From: the human T2T-CHM13v2.0 reference genome, Homo sapiens
Assembly: GCF_009914755.1 (NCBI RefSeq)
Contig: NC_060931.1
Strand: one strand, 5' to 3'
Length of the DNA: 64,000 nt
A program made the translations under genes and the position numbers. The first letter of the stretch is position 1, and every line of letters begins with the position of its first letter. Shown here piece after piece: positions 14,195 through 27,730 of this stretch. Below the pieces are notes generated by a model, which had not been told where the DNA came from, did no database searches, and worked only from the letters and a program-made list of their open reading frames with translations.

Positions 14195-15208
14195 TAGGTA
14201 GGTCTTTCTACTGAGTGATAACTTATTTTAAAAAATGAGAACTCAAGACAACACTTTCCACAGAAACTTGCTTCTTGTGAGCTAAAAATGGGTGAGAAAT
14301 CACATATTCTTTTGGAAATGATAGAAGCATTAAAGCTATAGGTTGAAAATGACAGCTAAAGCTGCCAGGCTTTCTCATTTATACTCAATTCCTTCCTCCT
14401 GGCAATAATCATCCATGTATCCAGGCGGTTAGTAATGGATAGGTTTAAAATGCTTTTCTTTGCACCTAGGGCTTCTACAAAACAAATGACCTTCATTTGT
14501 ACATGGAACATTCTTTACTTCCAAAGTGCTTATCTTCAGTCCATAAACTACTTTGAACCAAAGAGTGTACACAAGTGTATCAGGTGACCTAACCAAAAGC
14601 TTGAGATTTATGTTGATTCTAAAACTGTTGCAATTAATATGCAACAGTTAAGCTGCAAATCTTGGCCTGTGGCTTAGCTGTGCATTGGGAAAGCTCCTAG
14701 CATGACACAGTGAATCCTGGATGAGGGATTGGGAGTTTGGAGATAAGAGGCCAAGGAGAATCTACACCATGTCCTGTGCCCAGAGAATCAGGCCTGTGGG
14801 CTTAGAGGGATGACAAATCCATGGAGCATCAGCGGAAGACACAGGTCACAGCACACAGCAACTGCAGCCACAAAACAAGGCACAAACACAAGCAGGGAAG
14901 AGCACAGGCAGGCTCAACAGTGAAGGTGGGGAAACCAAAAGCCCTAGAAATGGCAGCAGTCCCTGCGACCTCACACCCTTTTTCCCTTAGAAAAAATTCT
15001 CTCCCTTGCCCACGATCCATTATGTGCTTATCCTAGCACCCAGATAATCTAAGTGATTCAATTCATCTCGCTACAGAGGACACTGGAAAGAACAACTACA
15101 GAATATTCACTCATCTATTCTCCTAGCTGAGTCAAGGTAGCTGCTGGCACACGGCATGCAGAGCAGGGCCAATGAAGAAACCAGTCTGTCAGGGGAAGCA
15201 ATGGTTAC

Positions 15209-15301
15209 CTGCAGTGTTCCTTTAGCATCTTTGCCAATAGCTCTGGACCGCCACCTCCTGTGCGATCTTTTTTCCTTTTTGGGACTTTCAAAAGATCCAC
15301 C
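15209..15301 (-). CDS. OSBPL3: OSBPL3 exon 9, basic cassette exon (GGSFESPKKEKRSHRRWRSRAIGKDAKGTLQ)
   Basis: 93 nt, phase 0/0, acaaag|GGT ... CAG|gtaacc. Confidence 0.94.
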
Positions 15302-15504
15302 CTTTGTTTCAAAACAGGAAAGAGAGCACAGACAGTAAAGTCCACCAAACCGACAAGGATAAATGCATAGCAAAGTGACCACCTCCATCCCCTTGACTTT
15401 GGCTGAAGCAACTGACCACAGCATCCCACTGTTAGTGAAAGGCTGGGAGGAGAAAGGAAAGCAGAAGAGGGCCAGAATGTCAACAGAAGAGGAGTCCGGC
15501 TCAC

Positions 15505-15608
15505 CTGGATGGCGTTGATAGCTGGTGCCGAGTATGTCCGATGCAGGACGTCCATGCTTTGCAGGAGCTGGCTCATTTCTACCAGGTAGGCATGACAGTG
15601 CGCCAGGT
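15505..15608 (-). CDS. OSBPL3: OSBPL3 exon 8 (DLAHCHAYLVEM...AINAIQ)
   Basis: 104 nt, ccacag|AC ... CAG|gtgagc. Confidence 0.96.
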
Positions 15609-17350
15609 CTGTGGGGGAAAAGAGGACAGTGCTCACAATGCTCCACTAGCAAGAGGGATCACTGTGCTGTCCCCATGCCAGCTACTTTTCCTTATTTATC
15701 TGTAGTTGATTTTTTTTTTCATCTGTAAGGGTTGGAAATTTTACTTCCTTTTTTACAGGAAAGGCTGTAGACTCTAGTGGTTAAGGGCATGAATCTTGAG
15801 AACCAGGCTGCTTCAGTTTGAATCCACTTAATGAACTGTAACTATTGAGAAAATTGCAAAACTGCATGCCTCAACTTCCTCATCAGAAAGATGGGGATAA
15901 TTATACATCACATGACAAGAGAGTTGTGAGAATTAAATGAGTTGATATTGCACAGTTCTTAGAAGAGTGTTTGGCACAGAGTAAGAACTAAATAAATCAA
16001 CCATCATCATCATCATCATCACCAACTTAAATCCTGTAGTAATATGCTGACACCATCCACTTGTCAGGACCCAATGCACATTAATAAAACTAAAATGAAA
16101 GTTGTACTGGTCTCTAAGGAAAACTTTGTCAATCATGGACCTGCCTGAGGACCATAATAAGCCTCTTGCACATGGACCTGAGAGGACATAAGAGGACTCT
16201 CCAACCAGATCCCAGTCGCTAACTCAAAAGATAGTCCATATTTGCTGTTCACTGAATGCTGATGGATGTTTCTGCTGAAGAATACAGGCCCAAATGCCTT
16301 AGGCTAGAGGCTCTCACACTTTGATATCATCAGAACCACCTGGAGACCTTGTTAAACCACAGCTCGTTGGGCTCCACCCCTAGTTTTTTATTCCATACAT
16401 CTGGGTTGAGCCTGACAATGTGCATTGCTGATAAGTTCCCGGGTGGACGCTGCTGCTCCAGAGACAAGGCTTCAGGGACTGCTTTGACAAGCTGTCACTT
16501 GGTAAAGTTCATGAGTGATATTTATTAGAGGGGTAAAGCCTACATGGTCCCAAGGGTGATATTACCTGTATTCAACAAGAGATAATGCAATTTTCAAGGC
16601 TGCCACCTGGTATCTTTCTCTAATAGTGGTTCTCAATCATGGCTACAGTTTCAAATCAGTTGGAGAAATCTTTTAAATTATATATGCCTAAATCCCACCC
16701 CCAGACAATTCAATCAGAGCACTCCCAGTCCCGCTGTGGATCTTTTCGGTTTTTAGTTCCCTAAGTCAGTCTTAGCTAATTAAGGTTGAGAATGCTGAGT
16801 TTCCTTATGGCAGGCGCCTTATCAAAATCACTTGGGGAACTTTGGAAAATTAGTGATATCAGGGCCCTACCTCAGACCAATTTAAAGAGATTATTTGAGA
16901 CAGAGGACTGGGAATGGGTATTACTGCATTTTAAAAGCCCTCTGGGTGATTCTAATGTGCAGTCAGGGTACAGAACACCTACATCGTGAAGATCTCCATC
17001 TGATCACTCCCTCACCTCTAGCACAATGATTCTCAATCTTTCTTGGATGTGTGTCAGACTCTGCCCTTGGAGACTGACTTATAGGCCCATGTGGAAATCA
17101 GGCATCAGTATCAGGCATCAATACTGAAGGAACAGAAGAAGAAACCTGTCTGCATGTACAGCCAGGTGAAGATGCAAAGATCTGCAAGGAGAGTGTCTTT
17201 TGTTGATGATGGGTGCAACCTTTACAAGCAAAATATGGAAGGGAATGTGGACAAGCATAGGGGAAGGACACAAATGAATCTGAAGTGTAAACATCAAACC
17301 AGTATCATCTAATAGCCACAACAGAAAGCAGACGTTTCAAGTCACTCTAC

Positions 17351-17474
17351 CTTTGGAGCATTTTTCCATGTCCTCTGAAGACTGTAACCATAATGGAACT
17401 CGTGTCTCACCACCACAAGAAAATGATACATTGCTTCCAGTTTGAAATAAATTCTGCTTTGATATACTGCTACG
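17351..17474 (-). CDS. OSBPL3: OSBPL3 exon 7 (RSSISKQNLF...DMEKCSK)
   Basis: 124 nt, gaacag|CGT ... AAAG|gtagag; ends phase 1. Confidence 0.95.
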
Positions 17475-18078
17475 CTGTTCCACGGATGACAAAAGCACAT
17501 TGTAAATGGAAACAGAGCCCATTGGGGACATGTTAAGACAAAGGATAACAGAGTGGGCTAGTCACTAATGGACACCATCTGCCTATAATGAGGAAGAAGC
17601 TTCTAGCAAAGTACTAAGACCTCTGGCTATCACCCCGGCTTGGCCATACCGTGCTATGATACGACATGCCTTGAATGGTGGACCTAATTTTCTTCTTTTA
17701 TCAAATATTAATAACATCAAAATAATAATATAAATGTTTGGAAATATTTTGCAATCCTGCATAGCTATATGCATACCTACTGTAGTTTACAACCAGAAAA
17801 GGAAACCAAACTCAAACCAGTCAGGATAAAGCTAGTTCATTCAGAGATGCTAAATTCCTCCTTATTCTTCAGTCACTGTCCGCCCCCGCCCCAACTAATA
17901 GATGCTTGTCTGGTCTTGGTTCTGACTCAGTGGGCAAACAGACTAATTAAATACCAGCCCAAGCCTACCCTGCTTGTCCCCGAAAACTTTTCCTTCTTCG
18001 GACTCAGCTCCCAAGACAGGACTCCATGAAACAAAGCCACCCCGTTCTCAGATTCATTATTGGCAAAACACTCATTAC

Positions 18079-18246
18079 CTTCCTACTTGAAATGGAGTCA
18101 AACACCCCAGATGAAGAGTCTGTGATGGTGGACCCTGAGAAAAAGTGGTTAACTTCATGTGGAAACATGGCAATTTCATTCTGACGATACATTCTGTGGT
18201 GGCGAAGTTTCGATACCCACTCATCAAAGACTTCTTCTGACTTGAC
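18079..18246 (-). CDS. OSBPL3: OSBPL3 exon 6, PH C-terminal helix and FFAT-like motif (VKSEEVFDEW...HFFSGST...SISSRK)
   Basis: 168 nt, ttatag|GTC ... AAG|gtaatg. Confidence 0.96.
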
Positions 18247-18345
18247 CTATAATATATTCGATTGAAAAAAGGAAACAAGAGAATCATTCACTGGAAGGAA
18301 CAATTACTCATCAAATTGAGGCCACTCTCAAAATCCTCTTTTTCA

Positions 18346-18680
<335 letters not shown>

Positions 18681-18813
18681 AGGAATGGAGAAATAGCCTC
18701 TCATTGACTGTTTACATTGATGTGGTCTATGGGAACAAGTTTGAGAAAGAAATGCAGAGTAAAAATGATCTTTATAAAGTATGTATTTTGGCTTTCTATG
18801 AGTAAGTCCAACT

Positions 18814-19108
18814 GTTATTTATTTATTTGAGACGGAGTCTTGCCTTGTTGCCCAGGCTGCAGTGCAATGGCCCAACCTTGGCTCACTGCAACCTCCACCT
18901 CCCAGGTTCAAGCGATCTCTTGCCTCAACCTCCCGAGTAGCTGGGATTACAGGTGTGCGCCATCATGCCCAGCTAATTTTTTGTATCTTTAGTAGAGGCG
19001 GGGTTTCACCATGTTGGCCAGGCTGGTCTCGAACTCCTGACCTGGTGATCTGCCCGCCTCGGCCTCCCAAAGTGCTGGGATTACAGGCGTGAGCCACCAC
19101 ACCTGGCC
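18814..19108 (-). mobile_element. AluS-type
   Basis: Reverse Alu with (TTTA)n tail. Confidence 0.93.
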
Positions 19109-19389
19109 TGTTATGCTATTTTTAAGAAAACAGAACAGTGCCAATTATATTAAGCAACAAATAAACTGAAATTTACATTTATCTGTCTCTTAAAGCATTT
19201 CCAAGTTCTCTAATTCCAGCTTCTCTATCCCTACTGAAAATATTAGCACCATTTTTCTTTTTAAACTCTTTTATAATTCAGACTTTTCAGATTAATCTTT
19301 TCTGAACTGGAATGAATTAGTAAATTCTTCCTAAAATATTTAAACTTGTTCATCTCTCCAACAAAGAATACATTGCTGAGGAGTATATG

Positions 19390-19755
19390 TGGTATGGTTT
19401 GGCTGTGTCCCATGTCCCACCCAAATCTCATCCTGAATTCCCACATTTTGTGGGAGGGACCTGGTCAGTGAGAGGTAACTGGATCATGGGGGCAAGTCAT
19501 TCCCATGGTGTTCTCGTGGTGGTGCGTGGGTCTCGCAAGATCTGGTGGTATTATAAAGTGGTGTTTCCCTGCACAAACTCTTTCTCTTTGCCTGCCACCA
19601 TCCACAGATGATGTCACTTGCTCCTATTTGCCTTCTGCCATGACTGTGAGACCTCCCCAGCCATGTGGAACTGTAAGTCTATTAAACCTCTTTCTTTTGT
19701 AAATTGCCCAGTCTCGGGTATGTCTTTATCAGCAGTGTGAAAACGAACTAATACA
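19390..19755 (+). mobile_element. THE1 (ERVL-MaLR) solo LTR
   Basis: TG...CA termini, perfect 5-bp TSD ATATG. Confidence 0.92.
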
Positions 19756-20045
19756 ATATGTTAATGAATGTGAAAGTTATTTAAAAAAACATTTCTCCCA
19801 CTCTCAGAAATAAAGCACTATACAGCAATAGTATTATTTTTCTAACTTTTATTACTATCACACTCACAAACCTTTAGCCATCTCTCCATAAATGAACAAT
19901 TATCGATTTCTAATTTCCATGAAGAATACTGTAACTAGTAGTTTTTATTTAAAGATATTTCAAATGTTTATAAAAATATGTGATATATATAAAAAGACTA
20001 TAACAAGCACCTATATACCATAGATATTTCTTAAAAGTCAATTTT

Positions 20046-20405
<360 letters not shown>

Positions 20406-21496
20406 TCAAGGTAAAAAAATGATAGATAAATGATAGATACCCACATATTAGGACACCGAGATTTATGAAGCTGTAATTTAAGATAATCCAAAAGGATGCA
20501 CAGTAGGTTAACTTCCAAGATGAAAAGTTCAGGTCAATCTGTGAAAATCTTTACTAATGCCAGAGATGAGAGCTAGGATATGCAAATAAATGCCAGCAAT
20601 ATCACTCACTGAGGAACTGTTAGGTTGGCTCTGGTGTTGATTATTAGAAGTACCTATAAGACTGGAAGCACCTGCAGGGGCTTTTTAATGTGTCATTTAC
20701 AGGAAGAAGCAATACAAACAGACTCACACCTATTTGTCTCCCCTAAATTGTGTTCTTGAAATGTATTTCATTTCCCAGATGTGGTTAAGAGGAATTTTAC
20801 AGGAATCTTGTGTTATCCTTTCCTCTGATCTCTTCTCAGAGGCCGTTATAAGTCAGTGCCCAAGCACTCATCTGGACTCACTTTTCTATGAGTTAAACAA
20901 GGTAGAAGAATAAGAGCACTTTATTAAATAACTGTCCAGGGTCCTGTTCCAGTCTCTCAAGCAGTTCTAGGGCCGTGGGTGAGCAGCCTCTTAATCTCTC
21001 TGCTACTCAGGATCCCTTATCTATAAAATAAATGGGACCAAACAGCCCACAATTAAAAACTGCCTGACTGAGTCTAATAACTAGAACGCTCAGATAACTA
21101 CACTTACCTACACTAAGAGTCATAACCGATGTTCAAAAGAATGAACAAGAAACCAAACAGAACTTAAAGCAAATCACACAGAGAAATATTAAACTGCATT
21201 TATCACAATATTAGCATTCAATATATTTTCAGGTATTCTAATTCTTTAAAAATTATGAATTCATAATTACTTTTATTTTGTTAACCAGAATAGTGGGTAA
21301 ATAAGAACCTATTAATTCCTGACCATGTCAAAATACAGAACTAAGATTCATTGGAAGTACCTGAAGAAATAACCTAAACTATTCTAGTGGAGACTGATCA
21401 ATGAAACAGAAAAAACGATAGTATTCTTTCTTAAATTTCTTTTTTATCTTAAGATATAGGCTTTTCCCTCCCATACTTCACACCAGTCATTTGCAG

Positions 21497-21698
21497 CCAG
21501 GGGTGATTTTATCCTCTAGGGAACACCTGGCAATGTCTGGAGACATTTTTGTTGTCATAACTGGAGAAGGATGCCACTGGCATCTAGAGAGAGGGCAGGG
21601 GGCAGGGACACTGCTCAATATCCTGCTGTACAAAGTCGGCCTCCCACACCAAAACATCCAGCTCACAATGTCAATGGTGCAGAGGCTGAGAAACCCTG
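21497..21698 (+). mobile_element. MER20 (hAT-Charlie)
   Basis: GGCAATGTCTGGAGACATTTTT...GAGGCTGAGAAACCCTG. Confidence 0.82.
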
Positions 21699-22740
21699 CT
21701 TTACACAATTAGCTACACCCAGAGATACAGTTAGGCTAGGAAATAGTGAAGATTTGACTGTCTTGCCCATTCAACAAACCACAGGTATGTGGCCCACACG
21801 GCTCAATCACCACACACATGCCATAGAGAGGACAGGGACACATTAAGACAAGGAGCTCATGATCTCATGCTTTGATTTTCCTAATCCTCAGGCCCCATTC
21901 CCAATATCTCAAGTAATTTGCCCAAGTAAGAAAACAGTCTTAGTACTTTCTCAATTAATTTCTAACATTTGGGTACCATCCAACAAGCACATACAATAAC
22001 TAAACTTCCTGAGTTTACACTGGGCCAGGCACTATACCAAGTTTTCTACATGCAACCCGACAAGATAAGTATTACAATAATTTTCATTTTGTTATAGGTG
22101 AAAAAACTGAGACTTTCAGAGATTAACTTGCCAAAGTTCAATGGCTAGTGAGTAGCCACATCAAGATTTGAACCAGATCTAGATCTCACGCTTCATGCTT
22201 TGACTATCTCTACCACCTGTAGGAGAGACAGCACAAGAGGGTAAGCAGCTTTGAAGTACTATTTGGGAACCCACACTTCAGGGGAAAAATTCCTGACATT
22301 TTTCACTACAATATGAGAATTTTAGTGGGATTCCTATAAAATTAGCCAAAGTGATAAAACAGGGCTCCATGGCCTAAATGTTACATATATATTTCAGGAA
22401 CACGTTTTAACCTATGGTAAATGGTTCTTCACTAAAGATGTTACTGCCTGGGTGGAGATGGTTTGGAAACAAAATTTTTCATTGTTGACTGTTGTCACAG
22501 TCACTGGGGGCAGGTTTGTATCTAGGGGATGAGGCGACCAGCAGGCTAAACCCTCAAGCAGTGTTGACAGTCCTGCACAATGACGTCCCATTCAAATACC
22601 AACACTGTACATGAGAAACACTTTGGTAATGAAGGTCTTCTACATGTTGGCCGAATACCCAAAAGGCATTACCAATAGTATAATAACTGATGATACTTCC
22701 CCAACATAAGTGAACTCTGCACAGTGGGAAGCAGCCTCAC

Positions 22741-22854
22741 CTTCAGATGGTAGATGTGCTCCTCGGTGTCAAGGTCTATGCATTTTGATGACTTCTTTAC
22801 AGACATCACTGAGAGCCCGACATCAATGCAGCCATGCAGCTTCTCTCTCTCTAT
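22741..22854 (-). CDS. OSBPL3: OSBPL3 exon 5, PH domain (IEREKLHGCIDV...EEHIYHLK)
   Basis: 114 nt, ctgcag|ATA ... AAG|gtgagg. Confidence 0.97.
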
Positions 22855-23750
22855 CTGCAGAGGCACCAAGAGGGTCACTTGGGGACCATGGTGTTAGAAG
22901 CAGTAGTCACATCCCTGACACACCCTTCCACATCCCCTGATAGTAAAATCACAAACACTGCGACTCATCAAGCACTTAGCGTGAGCCAGTGCTGAGTTAC
23001 GTGCTGGACATGCACTGTCTTCCTGAATCTCCGAGGTAGGAAGTACTCTCCCCATTTTACAGATGAAGAAACTGGAGTACAAAGGGGTTAAGTAACAAGC
23101 AGTTTACACAGCCAGGATGTGAGGAAACAAAAGAGTAAGCACCGTGGGTTGACTCCCATGGCAGTGAATTCACCTGTCAACTGTACCACCTCCCACTGAA
23201 TGAGTTTCTGGTGTCTAAATTCATTTAGAAGTGATGTATTAATAAAAGAAGTGAGAGCAGAAGGCTGAGAGAGGACAGGAGAGGAAGAAGGGAGAAGAGT
23301 AGGACTCCTACAAGGGACAGGACAAATGGTCATTCACACACAGAGCCTTCACACACCAACTGCCTGGGATTAATTTGAAAAGGAACTTCTTCACCCAGGG
23401 GCTTCTCCCCGGAATCTCTCGGTCACAGTGCAAGAGGGAGGGATGCCCTATGTTTTGTTCCTGTTATCTAGCTGCAAGGATGTATTCTCCCACCCCAGGA
23501 ACTCCTTAGCACAACCTTAAGACCAGAACAGACTTTTGCATGCCCAGAGAGTGTTGCGGGAGCCCCTGCACCTTGACCTGGTGGAAGAACTGAGCCTGCC
23601 TGGAACCCAGAGCTCAGACAGAAGTGTTTCCCCTCTATGGTTTCCAGTTCCGAGAAAAGCTATCCTCAACTATACACACTCTCATCTCTGAGCTGATGGT
23701 TACCCCTTTAGGATTCTTCAATACCACAGTGGGCCCACAAAAAGACTTAC

Positions 23751-23804
23751 ATCGGTTTGGCTCTTGGCATATTTCAAGATTCCTTTGTCCAGATAGAAGA
23801 ATCT
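23751..23804 (-). CDS. OSBPL3: OSBPL3 exon 4, PH domain (RFFYLDKGILKYAKSQTD)
   Basis: 54 nt, ccacag|AGA ... GAT|gtaagt; this frame is not in the ORF track, read manually. Confidence 0.96.
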
Positions 23805-23961
23805 CTGTGGGGAAGAAAGTATTATTAATTAAGGCATTCAATTTAGGTGCCCTTTTCTTGGTCTCAAATTCCAACTAGAAATTAAATATGAGTACCTAAG
23901 AACCAGGTGCTGAGTGGGGCAGTGTGAGTGCAAATAAAGGGGAGGCCAAGACCAACCTTAC

Positions 23962-24078
23962 CTTATGCCAGCCTTTTAAGGGCCACTTCCTCTTTTTCAG
24001 CAAAAATCCTTTCTGAACTGGTGGCTCCTGGGTGTAATTCATCTCCCCCCTCAGTCCTTCCACCACTTCCCAGCTGTC
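23962..24078 (-). CDS. OSBPL3: OSBPL3 exon 3, start of PH domain (DSWEVVEG...KGFLLKKRKWPLKGWHK)
   Basis: 117 nt, aacag|GAC ... AAG|gtaagg; ORP-family PH motif. Confidence 0.97.
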
Positions 24079-24454
24079 CTGTTCCAACAAAAGAGTTCAT
24101 GTTAAATGTCTATCTTTTTGAAAAATAATAATGGTAAAAAGCACTGCATCCTGTCAGTAAATTTATTCAAGATGGGGAGGCTGGCTGGGTTTGTTGGGGA
24201 GAAGAAATCCAAATTTAATTTCCATACAGTCCCTGGGCTTCACAGATTTAATTCTATAATTTAGTGGCATCAAATTTTGGTTTTTTTAAAGCTCTTTTTT
24301 TTTTAGAAGGGAATGTTTCTTTCGGTGTTTGAACCTTAATAGGCACAGCTAAATGTAAAGATTTTCCTGTAAGTTCTATTTTTGTTCAGTTTGACATTAC
24401 CATGCAATTACTGTTCGTTCAGCACTAGACTTCAGTCTGAATTTTAACCGAAAG

Positions 24455-24457
<3 letters not shown>

Positions 24458-24496
<39 letters not shown>
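24458..24496. repeat. (GT)n microsatellite
   Basis: Direct reading. Confidence 0.97.
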
Positions 24497-24497
<1 letters not shown>

Positions 24498-27400
24498 TGT
24501 TGGGGGAAGGAAGTTGGTTTAAGAATTGGCTGAACAGTATGAGACAATGCAAATCAGTAAATATGACAACTTGATTGAAATAATTATTTTGTTGAAAATC
24601 AGCATCCACAAATTCTAGGTATTTAAATGTACTGGAAATCTGGAAGCATCAAAAGTATATTTTTGCAACAAGAATTTTCACTTTTTTCCCAGAAATTTGT
24701 TTTTTCCATCTTTGTTTCAAAAACTTTTCTTTCTTTGGCCAATTATTACAAATAGTTGTTACAACTAATCTTCCACTATTGGCTATTTAGGTTATTTCAA
24801 CTAATTGAAAAAGAATTTTAAAAGAAATAGAAGAACACTAAAAGTTCTGAAAATTTACTTTTAAATACTTAAAAATAAATACATCATTGCTAATCACCCC
24901 AAGATAAACCAAAAGTAGCAATACTTCAGTGACTGGGAGAATTTATTTTTATTATTATTTTTACATTTTTATTGGGGTACAATATACATGAAATGCATGA
25001 ATCTTAAGAGTATGCCTTGATAAAAATGATAAATTTTTACATTTATACATATACTCAGTAACTGCCAGCCAAACCCGACAGAAAACATTTCCAACACAGA
25101 GTAAGTTTTGACAAGCATGACACTTCAGCCAAGATTTCACCTGGACTAACTTGCTTTGAGTCAAATCTCCAGCCCACAGGCAGGTGGTACAGGCAGAAGC
25201 CAAGGGCACTGGGAGATGGACAGTGAGTCTGAACCAGCACCAGGGAGCAGGAGGCAGTTAGATTCAAGTCCTGGGACACAAGTGGTCTAACAGGGAGGGC
25301 ACAGAAACCACACAGGGTCCTGAGTGGCTCTGGCTCAGTTTCTGTGTTGTCCTCAAGTTCAATACGTGGGACCCACCTGGTAATGAGAACCCTTTCCTAC
25401 GTTAGCAACTGAATTCTTTACATAATGATCGTGATGGGTCTGCCTTCTATCTGATGGCACTTTACCATGAATCCAATTAAAGGTACATTCCAGAGTTTTA
25501 AAATATCACAGTGGTATCCCAAGATCTGGAGTTGTGAAAAAGACTTCTTCAATGGAAAAAAGCAAAGCTTCGAAAAAAGATCCAGCTTTTAAATTAGAGG
25601 ATTTTTTTTTTAAGGAAGGTAGCAATGTTGAATGAGATTTCTTCATAACAAAATTATTACCAATTATTCCAAGTCACTTAATTACACTCAGACAATAAAT
25701 GCATACTACTAAGTGATGGGAAGTCAGATTTCCTATTACTTAAAAACACCAAAAAAAAAAACTTACTTGAATTTATTTTAGCTCAGAAAGCCATTCCACA
25801 AAATTTAACACATTTTACCCATCTAAATGTTAATGAACCTTTAAGGTTGTCAAGTTAAAAATTCCACCTCAAATTTCACCTCCTCCAGTGGAAAATACCA
25901 TTTCATCCTTAGAGACTCCATAGGTACTCCATCTTACTTTTCTGGAGGTTCACCACTTACTTATGATAACATGTACATGCGGTTTTATCATCCCTGCTGG
26001 ACAGCAGGCTCCTTGAGGGTATAAAGGGTCCGGAGTATTTCTGATTTCCCCACAATGCCTAACCTGCTGTGCTGTGAATAGTATGCATCTGATTGGCAAA
26101 TGAATAAACTTAGTCTTGGAATAAGTCTGCAAACAGATTTATCTTCTTGGAATGTCATAAATTAGCGTGCATTTGAAATGTGCCCAGTATCTTTGAGCCA
26201 AATGACTATTTACAAATTAGATACAATGCACCCACAATTGTGAAAGAAGAGGGTGTGGGTATCGTCATTGTTAAATAAAAATCCAAGACTTAAAATCCTC
26301 TGGAAAGTACTCTAAGTGGATCAAGCCCTTTTGATTTGTTTGTTTTAAGACTCCCAGGCAGAAGCAACCTGCAGAGCACTAATACTAAATAATCATACAC
26401 ATCTGCTCAAAACATTCGATTGTGCACAATGCAAATACCAAGAGGAATCAGACGTTATTGCATCCTTTACAAAACTGAAGAAAAAGTAGATAAGATCATA
26501 CCTGTAAGTTTAAAGGAAAACAAGAATTAAATCTCAGAACTATTTCAAAAATTCCTGTTAGAACTGGACTGTTCCTCCTCCTGAGACAGAGTGCATTCCT
26601 ATCAGTGACCCACCAAGAAGGGCAGGGAATTAAAGCACATCTGTTGGCCCTTAACATAAATAAACAAAAAAAGGAGTTGCATTTTTTTTTCCTACAAAAT
26701 ATTGTGTTTTCTTCATTTTATCTTCCACCTGGGGTCAGAACTTGAAACTGTTACCAGGTTGGAAAAGCCAGGTTTGAAATATTTAAGAAAGTGAAGACTC
26801 TCCTTGACTAAAAAAGCAGTGCAACCAACTCCTTTTCTGGACTGGACATCCAAATCTGCCCCCTGCCTCATCGCCAACTTCCCTGTCACCGTCCATGAGT
26901 TGTGAGGCCAACATCCAGCCTAGTGTTTCTCAGTGAGGTTGCAAATGCTCCCTCGGGGACACTGTGGAATCCTGGAGCCACTTTTGGTTGTGACAATGAT
27001 AGGGAGATGCCTCTGGCATGGAATGGCTGGGAGCCAGGAATGTTAGATGTCCCACAATGCCTCGGTCTTGCACAATGAAAACGCCGTCCCACACCCCAAA
27101 GACTTCCCAAAGTGCCATTAGCCATTTCTGTAAGTGAAATGTGCTTAAAATCACTTGAGCATGGAACCAAACTCTGTTTCACACATATATCAAAGTATTT
27201 TCGCATGGTTTTTATACACTCTTGGGATGTAAGTGCAGAGTAACTGAGGGAAGACTGTATTTTGTTCTTTTTGGAACTTTACCAAGTGTCTCCTACTATT
27301 TTAGAGAACGATATTGCTGAAGGCCATGCTATTTGAGTTATTAATATAGCACACCTGTATCCTCTCCATTTGCAGTTGTCACTTTCTATGTATAGGTATA

Positions 27401-27575
27401 TCTGATCACTTCATTATGTCTTCTGGTGTAGTCATGCCTGGACTTTTACATATTGAAATATATGTTTTAACATTAACCACATTCTTTGAATTTTCCTTTA
27501 TATTACAGTAAAGCATGATGCTGACATTTTCAAAATTATGTATTCAAGTAGGTTACATTAATAATGAATATCATT

Positions 27576-27730
27576 TGGACATAGTGGCTCATGCCTATAA
27601 TCCCAGGATTTTGGGAGGCTGAAGCAGGAGGAACACTTGAGCCCAGGAGTGTAAGGCTACAGAGTGCTATGAGCACACCACTACACTCTCCAGCCTGGGT
27701 GAAAGAGTGAGACCCAGTCTCTTAAAAAAA
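27576..27730 (+). mobile_element. Alu monomer (FRAM/FAM-like)
   Basis: Single diverged arm ending in an A run, followed by AT-rich low complexity. Confidence 0.8.

Noticed and set aside
15107-15652. 181-aa and 143-aa minus-strand ORFs
   Set aside because: Read-through of exons 8/9 and the 203-nt intron in mixed frames; explained by spliced OSBPL3
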